Shown: positions 53,991-64,000 of the stretch, piece by piece | Layout: each line of letters starts with the position of its first letter | Position numbering within the stretch: the first letter of the stretch is position 1 | Assembly: GCA_001275005.1 (NCBI GenBank) | Contig: JWZX01002904.1 | Location: 1 to 64,000 of the forward strand | Source of the DNA: Chrysochromulina tobinii | Lineage: Eukaryota | Reading direction: 5' to 3' | Length of the DNA stretch: 64,000 nt | The notes under the pieces: generated by a model | What the model was told of the DNA's origin: nothing | Seen by the model: the letters and a program-made list of their open reading frames with translations, nothing else | The model's database searches: none | Translations under genes and position numbers: made by a program

Positions 53991-56593
53991 TCACAGCAGC
54001 TCGTCGGACGGGAGCAGCCGTGAATTGCACGCCGCGTTCAGGAGCAGGTTGGCCACCGTGCGGCTCACCAGACCCTCGTCTTTCTCAACGTACAGCTCAT
54101 CATAGTGCGTCTTGGCGCATCTTTCCGCCTGGTCGGCTGTGACCCGCCACATGTCAAGCGCAGGCGCCACGCCGCGGAGCGCCTCGGCGCCGACGGCCGA
54201 GAAGAGCATCGAGCGGTGGAAGCTCATGCGATGGCCCGTGCCTCCGGCCCCCTTCGAACCCTCGGCAGGGCACTCGAGGTCGTCATCGTACAGGTGGTTG
54301 GCCGCGCCGATGAGCCAGTAGAGCTGGGCGCAGAACGGGCGCCTCGCTCGGATCTGCGCGCCCAGCCGGTGCATCGCCTGCTCGTACGTGCGCACGGATC
54401 GATAGCGCATGTCGTGAGCCGCTGAGCCGACGACGACGACAGTGTTGGGCTCGTCTAGGGACCAGTTGGTGAGGGAGACGGGCGGCGGCGTGCGCCGTGG
54501 CTGGCCGTCGTCCGCGGCACCGCTCGCCTGCCCGCTCGCCACGTGCGTGTCATGGTAAGTGTCATGGAGGGTCCACCAGGCCCAAGAGACAGAGAAATGC
54601 TCGCCATGGCGAGTGCTGAGCCGCTTCCCCTTGCCCGCTCCCGCGTGCCGCTTGGCCCACCCTCGGTCAAGCTTCGTACCAGTCAGCAGCTCAGCGAGGT
54701 CAAAGTACAACCCGCGCATGATCGAGTCGCCGTAGAGGGCGATGTGCAGTGGCCGCTGGCGCGTGCACTGTTGCAGCGAGCCCAACGTGTGGTGGAGCAG
54801 ATAGCACCCAAACGGCGCAAAGTCGCGCCCAATCCAGCGCCCGCTCAACGCGGCGCCACTGCAGGCCCGCGGTGGCGCCGTGACGTGCGCCATCGGTGGA
54901 ACGATCCCTCGGGCATGCTCAGCGGAGTCCTTCGAGCGTGTCACCGTTGGCTCGAAGCTTGATGATGAGCTCTGAGAGCTTGATGATGAGCTCTGAGAGC
55001 TCGATGACGCGCTCTCGGAGCTTGATGACGCGCTCTCGGAGCTTGATGACGCGCTCTCGGAGCTTGATGACGCGCTCTCGGAGCTTGATGATGAGACAAG
55101 GGCCATCTCGTTCGCATCGGCGCCATCCATCGCATCGGCGTCACGTACGCTGAAGGTCGTGGCAAAGTGCGGCAGGTGTTCGTCGATCAGCTTGATGCTA
55201 AAGAGGCCAGGCGCCGCCTGCGGGCACGGGCGTGCAGAGGCGCTGGACACGGAGGCGCTGGACACGGGGGCGCTGGACACGGAGGCGCTGGACACGGAGG
55301 CGCTGGACACGGAAGCATTGCCGCCGCGGCCTGCGGTGCGGAGCACCACGCCGTGGCCCACTTCAGAGGCCTCGTTGACATCAAACCAGCCGGCAAAACC
55401 TGTGTTGAGCCACCAGAGCTCGAGCTCATATCTGCCGCCCTCGGCCACGAGCAGCTGGCCAGCGTACCGTTGAAGCTCAGGCTGCTCACGCCACAGAGGC
55501 GACTGCAGCTGCACCTCGCCCGAGCGCGCGCGCAGCACAAACGTGTCGCCTTCGATGGCGCTCCCGCTGCCGCCCGCGTCCGCACGGCACGTGATGAGAG
55601 CGGGCTTGGCGAGCAGGTAGATCTCAGCCATCCGACGGGAGACCTCTGGCACCCGCAGGTTCACCTGCGGGGTCATGACGCTGCGGTGAACATTTGCATG
55701 CAAGAAAAGGGACGCGCGCGGGCTCACACCTGAAAGGCGTTCTCAAAGCTCAGATGCGAGCAGGCGGCGCGAGCTATGCCGCGTTCGGCGCCGGCGCTCG
55801 CAAATGCCATCGAGTGATGCCCTGCCGCGCGCGCCAGCTCCTGACGTGCCTTCGCATAGAGGTACTCGTAGCGTCGAAGATCACGGAGCGGCGCCGGCAC
55901 CTCGAACACGACCGAGGCGGATGATGACGAGGCGACAGACGAGACGACGGCCGAGGCGGACGCCGAGGCGGAAGGTTGAGGAGCGGCGGGATGCTGGATC
56001 CGGTCGGCAGCCCACATGACCTGCGCCGCTTGAAAGGCAGGGGATGGCTCGTCAAACGCCGCCTGCAGGTCGAAGCCGTACGAGGTGCCACCAGCACAGT
56101 GGCACAGCTGCGCCTCGCCGCACGTCGGCTGCTCGCCCTGCCCGGCGGTGCTGCGCAGCCTGGCGTCATCGCATGCATGCCGACATCCGATGGTGCCTAG
56201 AAGCCGATCGAGGTAGGTGCGATTGGCAAGAGCCGTCATGAGTGGGACCATGGCAGCCTCGGCCGGCGCACTCTCACACCAGACCTCCTTCAAAATGTGC
56301 GCCGCCCATTGGGCATCCGACTGCCCTTGCCTGCGGCGATGAATGCGCCGCCATGCATCGAGCGCTGCTCTCCTGTAAGCTGAGCTTTCGGGCCGTGCCA
56401 GCAGCTCTGGAGGTGGGCTTGCTGCCATGTGTCCGTATGGCTTCGTGGTGCGGAAGAATGCGCTGGAGTCTGGATTGAAATCGCCACCGAGGACTTCGAC
56501 GACCGATGGAAGGATCACAAACATGTTCCAACAGGACAACAGGAGCAGCAATAAGAGGGCAAGCCGTCGCCTACCACTCATGGAGGCATCCAT
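53991..56593 (-). CDS. Type II membrane protein with C-terminal SGNH/PC-esterase (NXPE/TBL-like) domain; intron 55665-55729
   Basis: N-terminal TM; GRWIGRDFAPFGC; IALYGDSIMRGLYFDL (GDS motif); LDMW...THY. The 65-nt GT-AG intron joins ORFs 55724-56701 and 53991-55727 in frame; internal 21-nt Ser-rich repeats at ~54955-55092. Confidence 0.7.
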
Positions 56594-56734
56594 TGCGCCG
56601 TGTGAAGGATAAACGAATTCTTTCCGCCTAGACCGCGCATATTTGGTAATGGGCCACACGAACGGGAGTACATGTACGTTCGCATGCAATTTGGACCTCA
56701 ACTAACAAGAACTTCTGCAATTGTGAACTATCGC

Positions 56735-57982
56735 ATGCTCCCTCCTTCACCCTCTCCCACCAGATCTCTCAGCACCGGCCGTGATCCACATGCCGTGATC
56801 GCTCCGAAGCGGCGCGTGGCCGCCTGCATCTTCGGCCTGCTGCCTCGCTATCACTTCACCGGAAGCCACGTTGAGCAGGGCACACTCGCCGTCACAACAG
56901 CCTTCAAGGCGGACAAGGCCGAGCACGATTTCAGCGCAGAGCGCTTGTTGCAAGCTATCGTCGTGCCCTCCTTTGATCAGTACTTGGTGAAGCCCAACGC
57001 TGCGGAGTTCCAGGTTGACGTCTTCGTGCACAATGGCGAAGCGCGGCGGCGCTCACTGCTGCTCGACGCATGGAACCCGCAAGCACTCCACGTGGGCGAC
57101 GAGGGGATAGATCGTCCAGTGTCGCTGCCCGGTACCAACGGTTGGCCGGGCGGCGCCACGCCACGCATGTTCGCCTCCATCGAGAGTGTGCTCAGGTTGA
57201 AGAGTGCCGCCGAGCGTGCTCAAGGAGCGCTCTACGATCTCGTTGTCTTGATGCGGTCCGATGTTGTCTGGTACACGCCGTTCCGGTTCAGCCTGCTCAA
57301 TGCATCGTACTTGCACATTGCGCGCTGGTGCGACGTGCCGCGCAGTGCTGCTGCCCTCCACACATCCCTTCACACGTCGCCCTGCCGACCCATGGCACCT
57401 CATGCGGATGCCGCCGGAGTGCCTGACTTTTTCTTCGCGGGCGGCTCTGCGATCATCGATCGTGTGTTTGCCAACCTCTCGCTCGACTTCGAGGCGAACC
57501 GATTTCGGCGCACTTCAAGCTCGGTCAATCACGCCGTCGTGGCCGGGCGGCTCATAGCCCTCGGCTTGTGGCGTAGCGTTCGGCGCTACTTGATACACGG
57601 CTTCGACGTCCAGCTGTTGCGCTGGCAACCTTCTTCGTCACTGCGACAAGCGGCCAATAACTTCAAGCATGAGTTGCACTCGACACGCTTCCTCGTGTCG
57701 ACCGTTCAGGGGAAGATGGCACCCTCGGGCGCACCTACGGCGGCGCTCAACTGCACCCGGATGGTCAACAGCACCTCGGCTGGAGCGACGGCTGGAGTGC
57801 AGATACTCATCAAGAACGATCAAGTGAATCAGGTGCTCAATCAAGTGCCAGCGCTGAACATGGTCAAGATAGAACGTCCCACGCCCACCTCCAGCCCGCA
57901 CAAGGGCGCATGCCCATCCGCCTGGCTGATGTGCATCTGCCCTGCGTCGGCCTGGCCGTCCACTCTGCAACAGAGAGGGTGA
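56735..57982 (+). CDS. Uncharacterised glycosyltransferase-like protein, similar motif order to 37264-38479
   Basis: RVAACIFG, VDVFVH, MFASIESVLRLK..ER..YDLVVLMRSDV, PDFFFAG. Confidence 0.6.
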   Translation: MLPPSPSPTRSLSTGRDPHAVIAPKRRVAACIFGLLPRYHFTGSHVEQGTLAVTTAFKADKAEHDFSAERLLQAIVVPSFDQYLVKPNAAEFQVDVFVHNGEARRRSLLLDAWNPQALHVGDEGIDRPVSLPGTNGWPGGATPRMFASIESVLRLKSAAERAQGALYDLVVLMRSDVVWYTPFRFSLLNASYLHIARWCDVPRSAAALHTSLHTSPCRPMAPHADAAGVPDFFFAGGSAIIDRVFANLSLDFEANRFRRTSSSVNHAVVAGRLIALGLWRSVRRYLIHGFDVQLLRWQPSSSLRQAANNFKHELHSTRFLVSTVQGKMAPSGAPTAALNCTRMVNSTSAGATAGVQILIKNDQVNQVLNQVPALNMVKIERPTPTSSPHKGACPSAWLMCICPASAWPSTLQQRG

Positions 57983-58100
57983 AAATGGCGCCGTCGTGGT
58001 AAGAATCTTATTCGGTAAACCCGTGTGTTACAAATTCACACTGTTACACACATTCACATTCACACGCACAGCACATTCGTCAACTCCTTCCCGGGTGAAG

Positions 58101-59081
58101 ATGGTCATCAGGCTCGATTTGCTGTGTCACTCCCTGATGTCAGCCCTGCGCCGACAACTGAAAATGGTGCCATGGCTTCCCGAGCCTGTGGAACGCTTCT
58201 TCTCTTGTGGGCCATCAAACACCGCCGGCTTGGGCATTATTCTTGCCATTGCGAGCGCTGCAGCGGCTGCCGAGGCGCACAGAGACGCTGCCTTCACGCC
58301 GATGGTCTCGGTTAACGGATCCTTGGACACCTTCGGCGCCATGGCCGCCACTCGCAGCGACAAGTTGGCTGAACTTCTCCGTGCGTGGTGGGTGGACCCG
58401 GCGATTGCCAGCCTGGGCTTCGCGACTGCGCTGGCCTTCTGGGACCACCGCGAGCGCAGCGAGGGATGCGGCGTGCGCGAGTCGTGGGGGAATTCACACA
58501 TCTCCCTTCTCATCTACTGGCTCTTCATTTTCGGGTGGGTGAAGCTCGTGCCGCCGCCACCCAACATACCCGATGGATGTCCAACGGACTTGCCCTCGGC
58601 GGCATATCTGGTGCTCGAGATCGCTGTGGGGATCTGGGCGTACGACTTCCTCTTCTTCTTCGTTCACTGGGCGATGCATGCCGCTCACTTCAGGATGCAT
58701 CACACGCACCACAGGCATCATGGCATGCCTAGCGACAAAGCCTGTGATGTCATGTCATGGCGCCTGCGTGCGCGCGACGTCCTCGTGCACTCCCCTATTG
58801 ATGGGGCCCTTCAGGTGATCACAAACATTCTAGTGCAGCGTTCCTTGCCTTGGGGTGCCACCAAGTCGCGCCTCGCTCGCGCCGCGCACAACGTGATGGT
58901 CACTTGGATGCTGGCGGAGGCGCACACTGCCGCCGCGTCACCGCGCCTGGCCCGACGAGTATGCGTGGGTGTGCAGCGCCATCGCTTGCATCATGACGAA
59001 TCGGAGCCGTTTTACCAGCAATTCTTTGGCTACCTCGACGACGCACGACTTGCTTTACTTAGAGGCGCCGTTACGCGTTAG
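58101..59081 (+). CDS. Fatty acid hydroxylase / sterol desaturase superfamily protein; start uncertain
   Basis: His boxes YDFLFFFVHWAMH, HHTHHRHH, EAH, HRLHH, followed by FYQQFFGYLD. Confidence 0.82.
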   Translation: MVIRLDLLCHSLMSALRRQLKMVPWLPEPVERFFSCGPSNTAGLGIILAIASAAAAAEAHRDAAFTPMVSVNGSLDTFGAMAATRSDKLAELLRAWWVDPAIASLGFATALAFWDHRERSEGCGVRESWGNSHISLLIYWLFIFGWVKLVPPPPNIPDGCPTDLPSAAYLVLEIAVGIWAYDFLFFFVHWAMHAAHFRMHHTHHRHHGMPSDKACDVMSWRLRARDVLVHSPIDGALQVITNILVQRSLPWGATKSRLARAAHNVMVTWMLAEAHTAAASPRLARRVCVGVQRHRLHHDESEPFYQQFFGYLDDARLALLRGAVTR

Positions 59082-59182
59082 GGGAGGGTGGCGCCGATGA
59101 AGTGCCGACCGGGGGCAGCGGAACCGTACTTTTAGTGTCTTGGAAACGTGGTGAGCGAGGGGGGGTAACCTTGACGTTCACA

Positions 59183-59270
59183 ATGGCCTGCGCTCTCCAC
59201 TTTGTGTCTCCACGGGACCTGTGGTCGTGCGTCTTGCCGAGATGGCAATTTCACGTGAACGTGAACGTGA
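59183..59270 (+). mobile_element. Short retroposon-like insertion, copy 2
   Basis: TTGCC-GAGAT-GGCAA hairpin, then a (GTGAAC)n tail; flanked by the 9-nt direct repeat ACGTTCACA (59174-59182, 59271-59279). Confidence 0.7.
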
Positions 59271-59339
59271 ACGTTCACACTAGAGGCCGTGAAGTTTCCG
59301 AGCGAGATCGCAAGCCCCGACACAAAAAATCATCCTCAC

Positions 59340-59816
59340 ATGCGGCGAAGCATTCTGCTGCTCCCACTGCTTCCTCTTGCAGCCGCTTTCCGGCTCCCGT
59401 CGCCTTCGGTGAAGCCCACTCTGCCACTTGCATCGGTGCGGGCACAATCGAGCTGCGACGCCGTCGCGCTCCTCGCGGCCGCTGCTCTGCTCTCCGTGGC
59501 TGAGCCGGCCGCTGCAAGCGATACCGCATGGATTGCACCTGCGAAGCTTGTGCTGGGGCCGACGCTGACGGTTGGCACCATCTTCTTCTTGATGCGTGTA
59601 GTCCTCTCATGGTTTCCAAAGTACCCGCTCGATCAGCTGCCGTGGAGCATTGTGGCTGCACCGACCGAGCCGCTGCTGAAGCCGACACGCAAGGTCGTGC
59701 CACCCGTCGCAGGCGTGGATATCAGCCCGATCATCTGGGTGAGTATCCTCAGCTTCATTAGCGAGATCCTGATCGGCCCGCAGGGCCTACTCACCATCAT
59801 GCAGAAGCGCGGCTGA
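59340..59816 (+). CDS. CCB3: YGGT-family cytochrome b6 maturation factor, plastid-targeted
   Basis: Signal peptide plus AAF motif; RVVLSWFPK..APTEPLLKPTRKVVPPVAGVDISPIIWVSILSFISEILIGPQGLL. Confidence 0.85.
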   Translation: MRRSILLLPLLPLAAAFRLPSPSVKPTLPLASVRAQSSCDAVALLAAAALLSVAEPAAASDTAWIAPAKLVLGPTLTVGTIFFLMRVVLSWFPKYPLDQLPWSIVAAPTEPLLKPTRKVVPPVAGVDISPIIWVSILSFISEILIGPQGLLTIMQKRG

Positions 59817-60109
59817 GAGCATCAGGCGGTCTCGAAAGAGGTGAGTCATGCGAATGAGGGACCGCACGACGAGGGTGATTGTGCGATGTGCCCATCGGAT
59901 CAGCACAGCGCATATGCCTCTCTTGATTCCATGTGCCATGCACACGCCACACACGCACGGATGGCACTTATGCTATAGTACTTTACAACGGACAGCCGTA
60001 TTATACGCCGGTCTGAAACTGTATTTTGATTACGAAGTTTCTCGATCAACATGCGCGTTGCATCTATAATCCTTTCGTCGCCGCTCTGTGCGACCGTGTC
60101 CACGTCAAT

Positions 60110-63100
60110 CTAATCATAAGGCGCGTCTACTGGTGGAGGTGGTTGAGCCACCGGCAGCGTAGGCAGCGTCGGCGGCATGCGATGCTCCACAGGCTGTGCC
60201 GGCGCATACGCGCTCGCTTCGTAACCGCGAAGCGCCATCGGCGACGCACCAGCGCCGTACGCGGGTGGCTGCATCTGCTGCCCGGTGCCATAGACGCCCT
60301 GTGACGTGGCGCCGCCGTACGCGGGTGGCTGCATCTGCTGCCCGGCGCCATAGACGCCCTGTGACGTGGCGCCGCCGTACGCGGGCGGCTGCATCTGCTG
60401 CCCGGCGCCATAGACGCCCTGTGACGTGGCGCCGCCGTACGCGGGTGGCTGCATCTGCTGCCCGGCGCCATAGACGCCCTGTGACGCGGCAGGGAGATCT
60501 GCACTCGCCACAAGGGGGGCGGGGGCGGCCGGGGGGGCAGTCTCGAGGCAGCCCTCGACGACCTCCCGGAGCACTTTGCGCATGTCGCCGGTCGTCTTGG
60601 CAATGATCGCCTCCACAAGCGAGGTTTGGTATTGCGAGTGGTACTGCGTTGCGATCCCGGAGAGGTCGCGCCCAAAGCGCGCGCCCACGACGCTTACGAG
60701 CGTCTCGTCCTTCTTGACGAGATGGACGAGACCGAAGGCTAGGAGCTCGGGCGTCTTGGCCACGCCATGGAAGGCCGCATGCAGCTTGCGCGCATAGTAC
60801 GTCTCGGTCGGGGTAAGGAGCAGCCGCACGGCGCGCGAGAGCGGCCCGCGCAGGTGAGTGCCCACCTCATCGAGGATGTCGCATTCGTACCGTCTTCGAT
60901 AGTCTCGCGCGAGGTCGGCGAGCGCAATGCGCCCGAGACCAGCGAGCAGCGGGAAGAGGCGTGTCTTGAGCAAGTCCGACTGGCCTGGAGGCACCTTGTC
61001 CAGCGCGCGGAAGACGTCGTGCACGATCTGCGTGCCGCCAATGCCGGCGCCGCGCGCGGCCTCATCGGCGCGCTCGAGGAGCACGAGCAGCAGCGGCAGC
61101 GCCGACTCGTGTGCGCCAAGACGGCGCTCTTCGGGCGTATCGAGCTGCCGGCGCAGCACACCGAGCAGCTCGACACGCTCAGTCCGACGCCACTCCTCCT
61201 GCAGCTCGAGGAGGGACGAGGGCAGGCTGGTGCAAAGCAGCTCGAGGATTGAGGTCGTCGCCGCCGCCTTCACGTCCTTCTTCGAGCTCGAGCTCGCCTC
61301 GAGCGCCGCCTTGAGCGTGCGCATGTCGAGCTCGGGTTTCGTCAGGAGGAGCGCCGTCTTGAGCGTATGCATGTCGTGCTCGGGTTTCGTCAGGAGGAGC
61401 AGCCCTTCGAGCTCCGAGCGCTTCCCGATCAGCTCGCTCAGCTCGCGCGCGTACGTGCGCGAGTACGCCCGGCGCATCAGCTGCAGCTCGGCCACCGACT
61501 TACCCCGGAGTAGCGCGAGGATCTTGCCTTGGTCCTTCTTGCCGAGGGCCTCTTGCATGCGGCGCGCGTCTTCCTCGGCGCGCCGCTCCGCCCCTTCGGC
61601 CGCTGGCCGCTCGTCGTACCAGCGCGCGCCGGGCACTGGCGCGGGGACGACGTTCGGCGTCATCATTGGCGCGCTCGTAATGGCTGCGAAGGCACGTGCG
61701 CCAGGTCCGCTGCCGCTGCTGGCGCTGCTGGCGCTGCTGCTGCTCACGCGCAGTTCGATCGTCTGCGGCTCAGCGAGCCGCCCGGCAAGGGGAGCCGCCA
61801 CGGTCACACGCATGGGCGGCTCGTTGGGCGCTTGGATGAGGTACGTCTCACCCACGTAGATGGCACCCCGAAGAACGCACCCGTTGATGCCGCCCATGGC
61901 CCCTATACCGTACCCGCCGTACCCGCCGTCGCCCGCGGAGCCAGCGCCGCCAGCGCCCGTGTCGCCCTCCGCGATGACGACCTGCGACATCCTCTCATGG
62001 CGCAGCTGGACGCGCACCGCGATCGGGTCACCGCGGGGGTTGATCGAAGCGGCCGCGAGGGCCACGACCCGCAGGTCGCGCGTGCATCGTCGCAGCTCGA
62101 GTGGGAGCTCTTCGTTCATCCCGAGCGGCGGGATGAAGCTCGCGCTCGCTGGCTCGGCAGGCCCAAGACCGTCGGCCATCAGTGGCACGAGAGGCGGCGG
62201 CGCGGACGCGTAGCCCCCGTAGCCCCCAGCGGCCGGCGGTGCTGCGTACGCGAGGTGCACGCGATGCGGGGCGCCCGGCTGCAGCTGGCGCTCATCGAGG
62301 CGCGCGCGGCCGCTCGCGTCTAGGAAGCCCGACGCGACGATGGCGCTCGGAGGCGGCGGCGGCACGTAGCCTCCCACCGAGTAGCCGTAACCACCGACGT
62401 TGAGGGGGTCCTCACGCGCGATGACGAATCCGAGCCCGGGCGGCGGCGGCAGGCCTCGTGCCCATTCGGCCACACTCAGCGACGGGCGCAGCGCGACAAT
62501 CCCCTCGCCCTGCGCGCCGCCGAAGCCGCCGCCGCCGCCGTAACCGCCGTAACCGCCGCCGCCGCCGCCGCCGCCGCCGTAGCCCCCCTGCGCCGCGCGG
62601 GCCTTGTCGCGCGCCATCGGTATCTCGACGTCGACGCGCTTGGTGTAGGGCACGACGAGGGTCTTGGTGCTCGAGGCCCAGCCGTTACTCGGCTCCGTCA
62701 CGATGGTGATCTCGTCGCCCTGGAAGATGGCGTGCTCGCCCGCCTTGTCGCCCACCTCGGTCGGGGCAGCACCCTTGCCTTTGCGCAGCGCGAGAAGCAT
62801 CTGGCCACTCGACTTGCGCAGAATCTTGAACGGGAGCTCGTCGAGCACCTCCTCGAAGGAGCTCGGCTGAAGATCGTCGCCGTCGCCAGAGCTCCGGTAC
62901 TGCGCCGGCTTCTCCGGGCCGAGCCATCGCAGCCGCAGCCCCGCCTCTGGCCCACGCTCGTGCAACACCACCTTGACCAACGTGTTCGGCTCGTTGGCAA
63001 AGAAGCGCAAAGAGGTGCTCACGATGGCGCCTTCGCGCTCGGCGCCACGCACCTCGACGATGTACTCGTCGTGCATCACGAACCCGCCAGCCGATGGAGT

Positions 63101-64000
63101 CCGGACGGGCTCCTCGACGATCGCCTTGCCGCTCGCGACCGTGGTCGCCTCGATCAGCGGCTTCGCACCGGGCGCCATGCGGGCGGAGCGGATCGCGTAC
63201 GGGATGGACGGCGGCAGTACCTTGTCCTTGATCGCGCTCTCGAAGCGTACGGTCAGGCTCGCCTCTCGGAGCGTCCCTCGCAACGGCACCTCGAGGGGCG
63301 CCGCGCCTACCTTGAAGGTCGTGCTCGCCTCGAAGAGTGCGCCGCCGAGGGTGTGCACCGTATACTCCTCCCCTATGAACAGGTGGCCCACGTGCGGCAG
63401 AGGCGCCGTACTGGGGGCGGCGAGCGTGCCAGAGAGCACCGGGAGGTCGAGGCGCGTGTGGCGCACCTCGTACCGGATGTTGTCGAGCGTCGCGAGGCCA
63501 GCTGCCCAGTGCTTACCGCCCGTGTTCGCGAGCGGCGCCACCTCAACACGCAGCGTGATGGCCTGGGAGAGCGGCGCGAGCAGCATGGACACCATGGCCA
63601 TGTGGTTGGGGTCTTCCTTCGAGGCGCTCGGCGCGGCCTTGGTCTCGAAGATGCAAGGCTGGCCTGCCGGGTCAAACTGCTCGACGCTCGCTGCCTTGCC
63701 TGGGGTGGCGCCCGGCGCGGCCACCCGCAACTCGAAGCGCTCGGAGGCGGGCAGCGCCGTCTCGAGCATGCCATAGGATCGATGCAGCTCGGCTTGGTGC
63801 TTGGAGACGGCCTGCTTGGCCTGAAAGCGGCGCAGGTCGTGCACAAGCTGACCGAACTCGGTGAGCTCGAGGGTGCCAGATTGGTCGGCGTCGTACCGCT
63901 GCATGATCTCCACGATCTCGCGCGACGAGGCGCTCAGCTTGAGGTCACTCAGTGCGGTGCTCAGTTCGTCAAGGTCGATGGAGCCACTTGAGTCCTTGTC
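60110..64000 (-). CDS. Large EF-hand + annexin-domain protein (5' end outside window)
   Basis: EF-hands DKDSSGSIDLDEL and DADQSGTLELTEF; annexin-like repeats (AEEDARRMQEAL..KSVAELQLMRRAYSRTYARELSELI; YYARKLHAAFHG..KDETLVSVVGAR..SLVEAIIAKTTGDMRKVL). Confidence 0.78.
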   Translation of the reverse strand, partial: DKDSSGSIDLDELSTALSDLKLSASSREIVEIMQRYDADQSGTLELTEFGQLVHDLRRFQAKQAVSKHQAELHRSYGMLETALPASERFELRVAAPGATPGKAASVEQFDPAGQPCIFETKAAPSASKEDPNHMAMVSMLLAPLSQAITLRVEVAPLANTGGKHWAAGLATLDNIRYEVRHTRLDLPVLSGTLAAPSTAPLPHVGHLFIGEEYTVHTLGGALFEASTTFKVGAAPLEVPLRGTLREASLTVRFESAIKDKVLPPSIPYAIRSARMAPGAKPLIEATTVASGKAIVEEPVRTPSAGGFVMHDEYIVEVRGAEREGAIVSTSLRFFANEPNTLVKVVLHERGPEAGLRLRWLGPEKPAQYRSSGDGDDLQPSSFEEVLDELPFKILRKSSGQMLLALRKGKGAAPTEVGDKAGEHAIFQGDEITIVTEPSNGWASSTKTLVVPYTKRVDVEIPMARDKARAAQGGYGGGGGGGGGYGGYGGGGGFGGAQGEGIVALRPSLSVAEWARGLPPPPGLGFVIAREDPLNVGGYGYSVGGYVPPPPPSAIVASGFLDASGRARLDERQLQPGAPHRVHLAYAAPPAAGGYGGYASAPPPLVPLMADGLGPAEPASASFIPPLGMNEELPLELRRCTRDLRVVALAAASINPRGDPIAVRVQLRHERMSQVVIAEGDTGAGGAGSAGDGGYGGYGIGAMGGINGCVLRGAIYVGETYLIQAPNEPPMRVTVAAPLAGRLAEPQTIELRVSSSSASSASSGSGPGARAFAAITSAPMMTPNVVPAPVPGARWYDERPAAEGAERRAEEDARRMQEALGKKDQGKILALLRGKSVAELQLMRRAYSRTYARELSELIGKRSELEGLLLLTKPEHDMHTLKTALLLTKPELDMRTLKAALEASSSSKKDVKAAATTSILELLCTSLPSSLLELQEEWRRTERVELLGVLRRQLDTPEERRLGAHESALPLLLVLLERADEAARGAGIGGTQIVHDVFRALDKVPPGQSDLLKTRLFPLLAGLGRIALADLARDYRRRYECDILDEVGTHLRGPLSRAVRLLLTPTETYYARKLHAAFHGVAKTPELLAFGLVHLVKKDETLVSVVGARFGRDLSGIATQYHSQYQTSLVEAIIAKTTGDMRKVLREVVEGCLETAPPAAPAPLVASADLPAASQGVYGAGQQMQPPAYGGATSQGVYGAGQQMQPPAYGGATSQGVYGAGQQMQPPAYGGATSQGVYGTGQQMQPPAYGAGASPMALRGYEASAYAPAQPVEHRMPPTLPTLPVAQPPPPVDAPYD
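60255..60486 (-). repeat. Four 60-nt coding tandem repeats (SQGVYGAGQQMQPPAYGGAT)
   Basis: Near-identical 60-nt units in the C-terminal tail of the annexin gene. Confidence 0.95.

Noticed and set aside
16465..57982. Glycan-biosynthesis gene cluster (sugar transporter, USP, GT77, SGNH, GT-like genes)
   Set aside because: The genes are scattered among unrelated housekeeping genes over 40 kb; no evidence of a functional cluster.
34289..59270. The two inverted ~62-nt copies as TIRs of one 25-kb transposon
   Set aside because: Each copy has its own distinct flanking direct repeat, and the enclosed genes include housekeeping genes with no transposase, so independent insertions fit better.
1..64000. 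tRNA, rRNA or snRNA genes
   Set aside because: No cloverleaf or conserved rRNA/snRNA motif recognised by eye; a covariance-model scan would be needed to exclude small ncRNAs.

Overview
GC-rich, gene-dense eukaryotic nuclear DNA with short spliceosomal GT-AG introns. It is most consistent with a haptophyte alga (Chrysochromulina-like), inferred from gene content, bipartite-looking plastid presequences and intron style. About 30 protein-coding genes can be supported, including RPL10, a DNAJC7-like TPR/J protein, COX15, an SLC35A-type nucleotide-sugar transporter, a two-pore K+ channel, epsin, prolyl 4-hydroxylase-ShKT, PheRS alpha, CCB3 and a giant annexin. The most striking feature is a minus-strand WD40 gene (11973-13425). 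Each of its 7 propeller blades is a separate phase-1 exon (internal exons 129 nt) separated by near-identical 65-67 nt introns. Amino-acid variation is concentrated at the predicted ligand-binding face, and the protein ends in an F-box/SOCS-like tail, so it is a candidate exon-shuffled, diversified recognition receptor. A second theme is a family of introns built from copies of the adjacent exon end plus a shared GAGTGCATGCTGATTGC / TGATTGCC / TGAGTGCC motif; one such repeat intron joins a CoA-transferase N-part in frame to a UDP-sugar pyrophosphorylase C-part. Also present: two TSD-flanked copies of a short retroposon-like tail, an unclassified repeat flanking an NHL gene, an F-type lectin with unfamiliar Cys/Trp modules, and EF1B-PheRS and MYB-ATP-grasp fusions. 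Several single-base frameshifts, two of them in homopolymer runs, suggest sequencing errors. No rRNA, tRNA or CRISPR was seen. All family assignments are from motif recognition by eye, not database searches.
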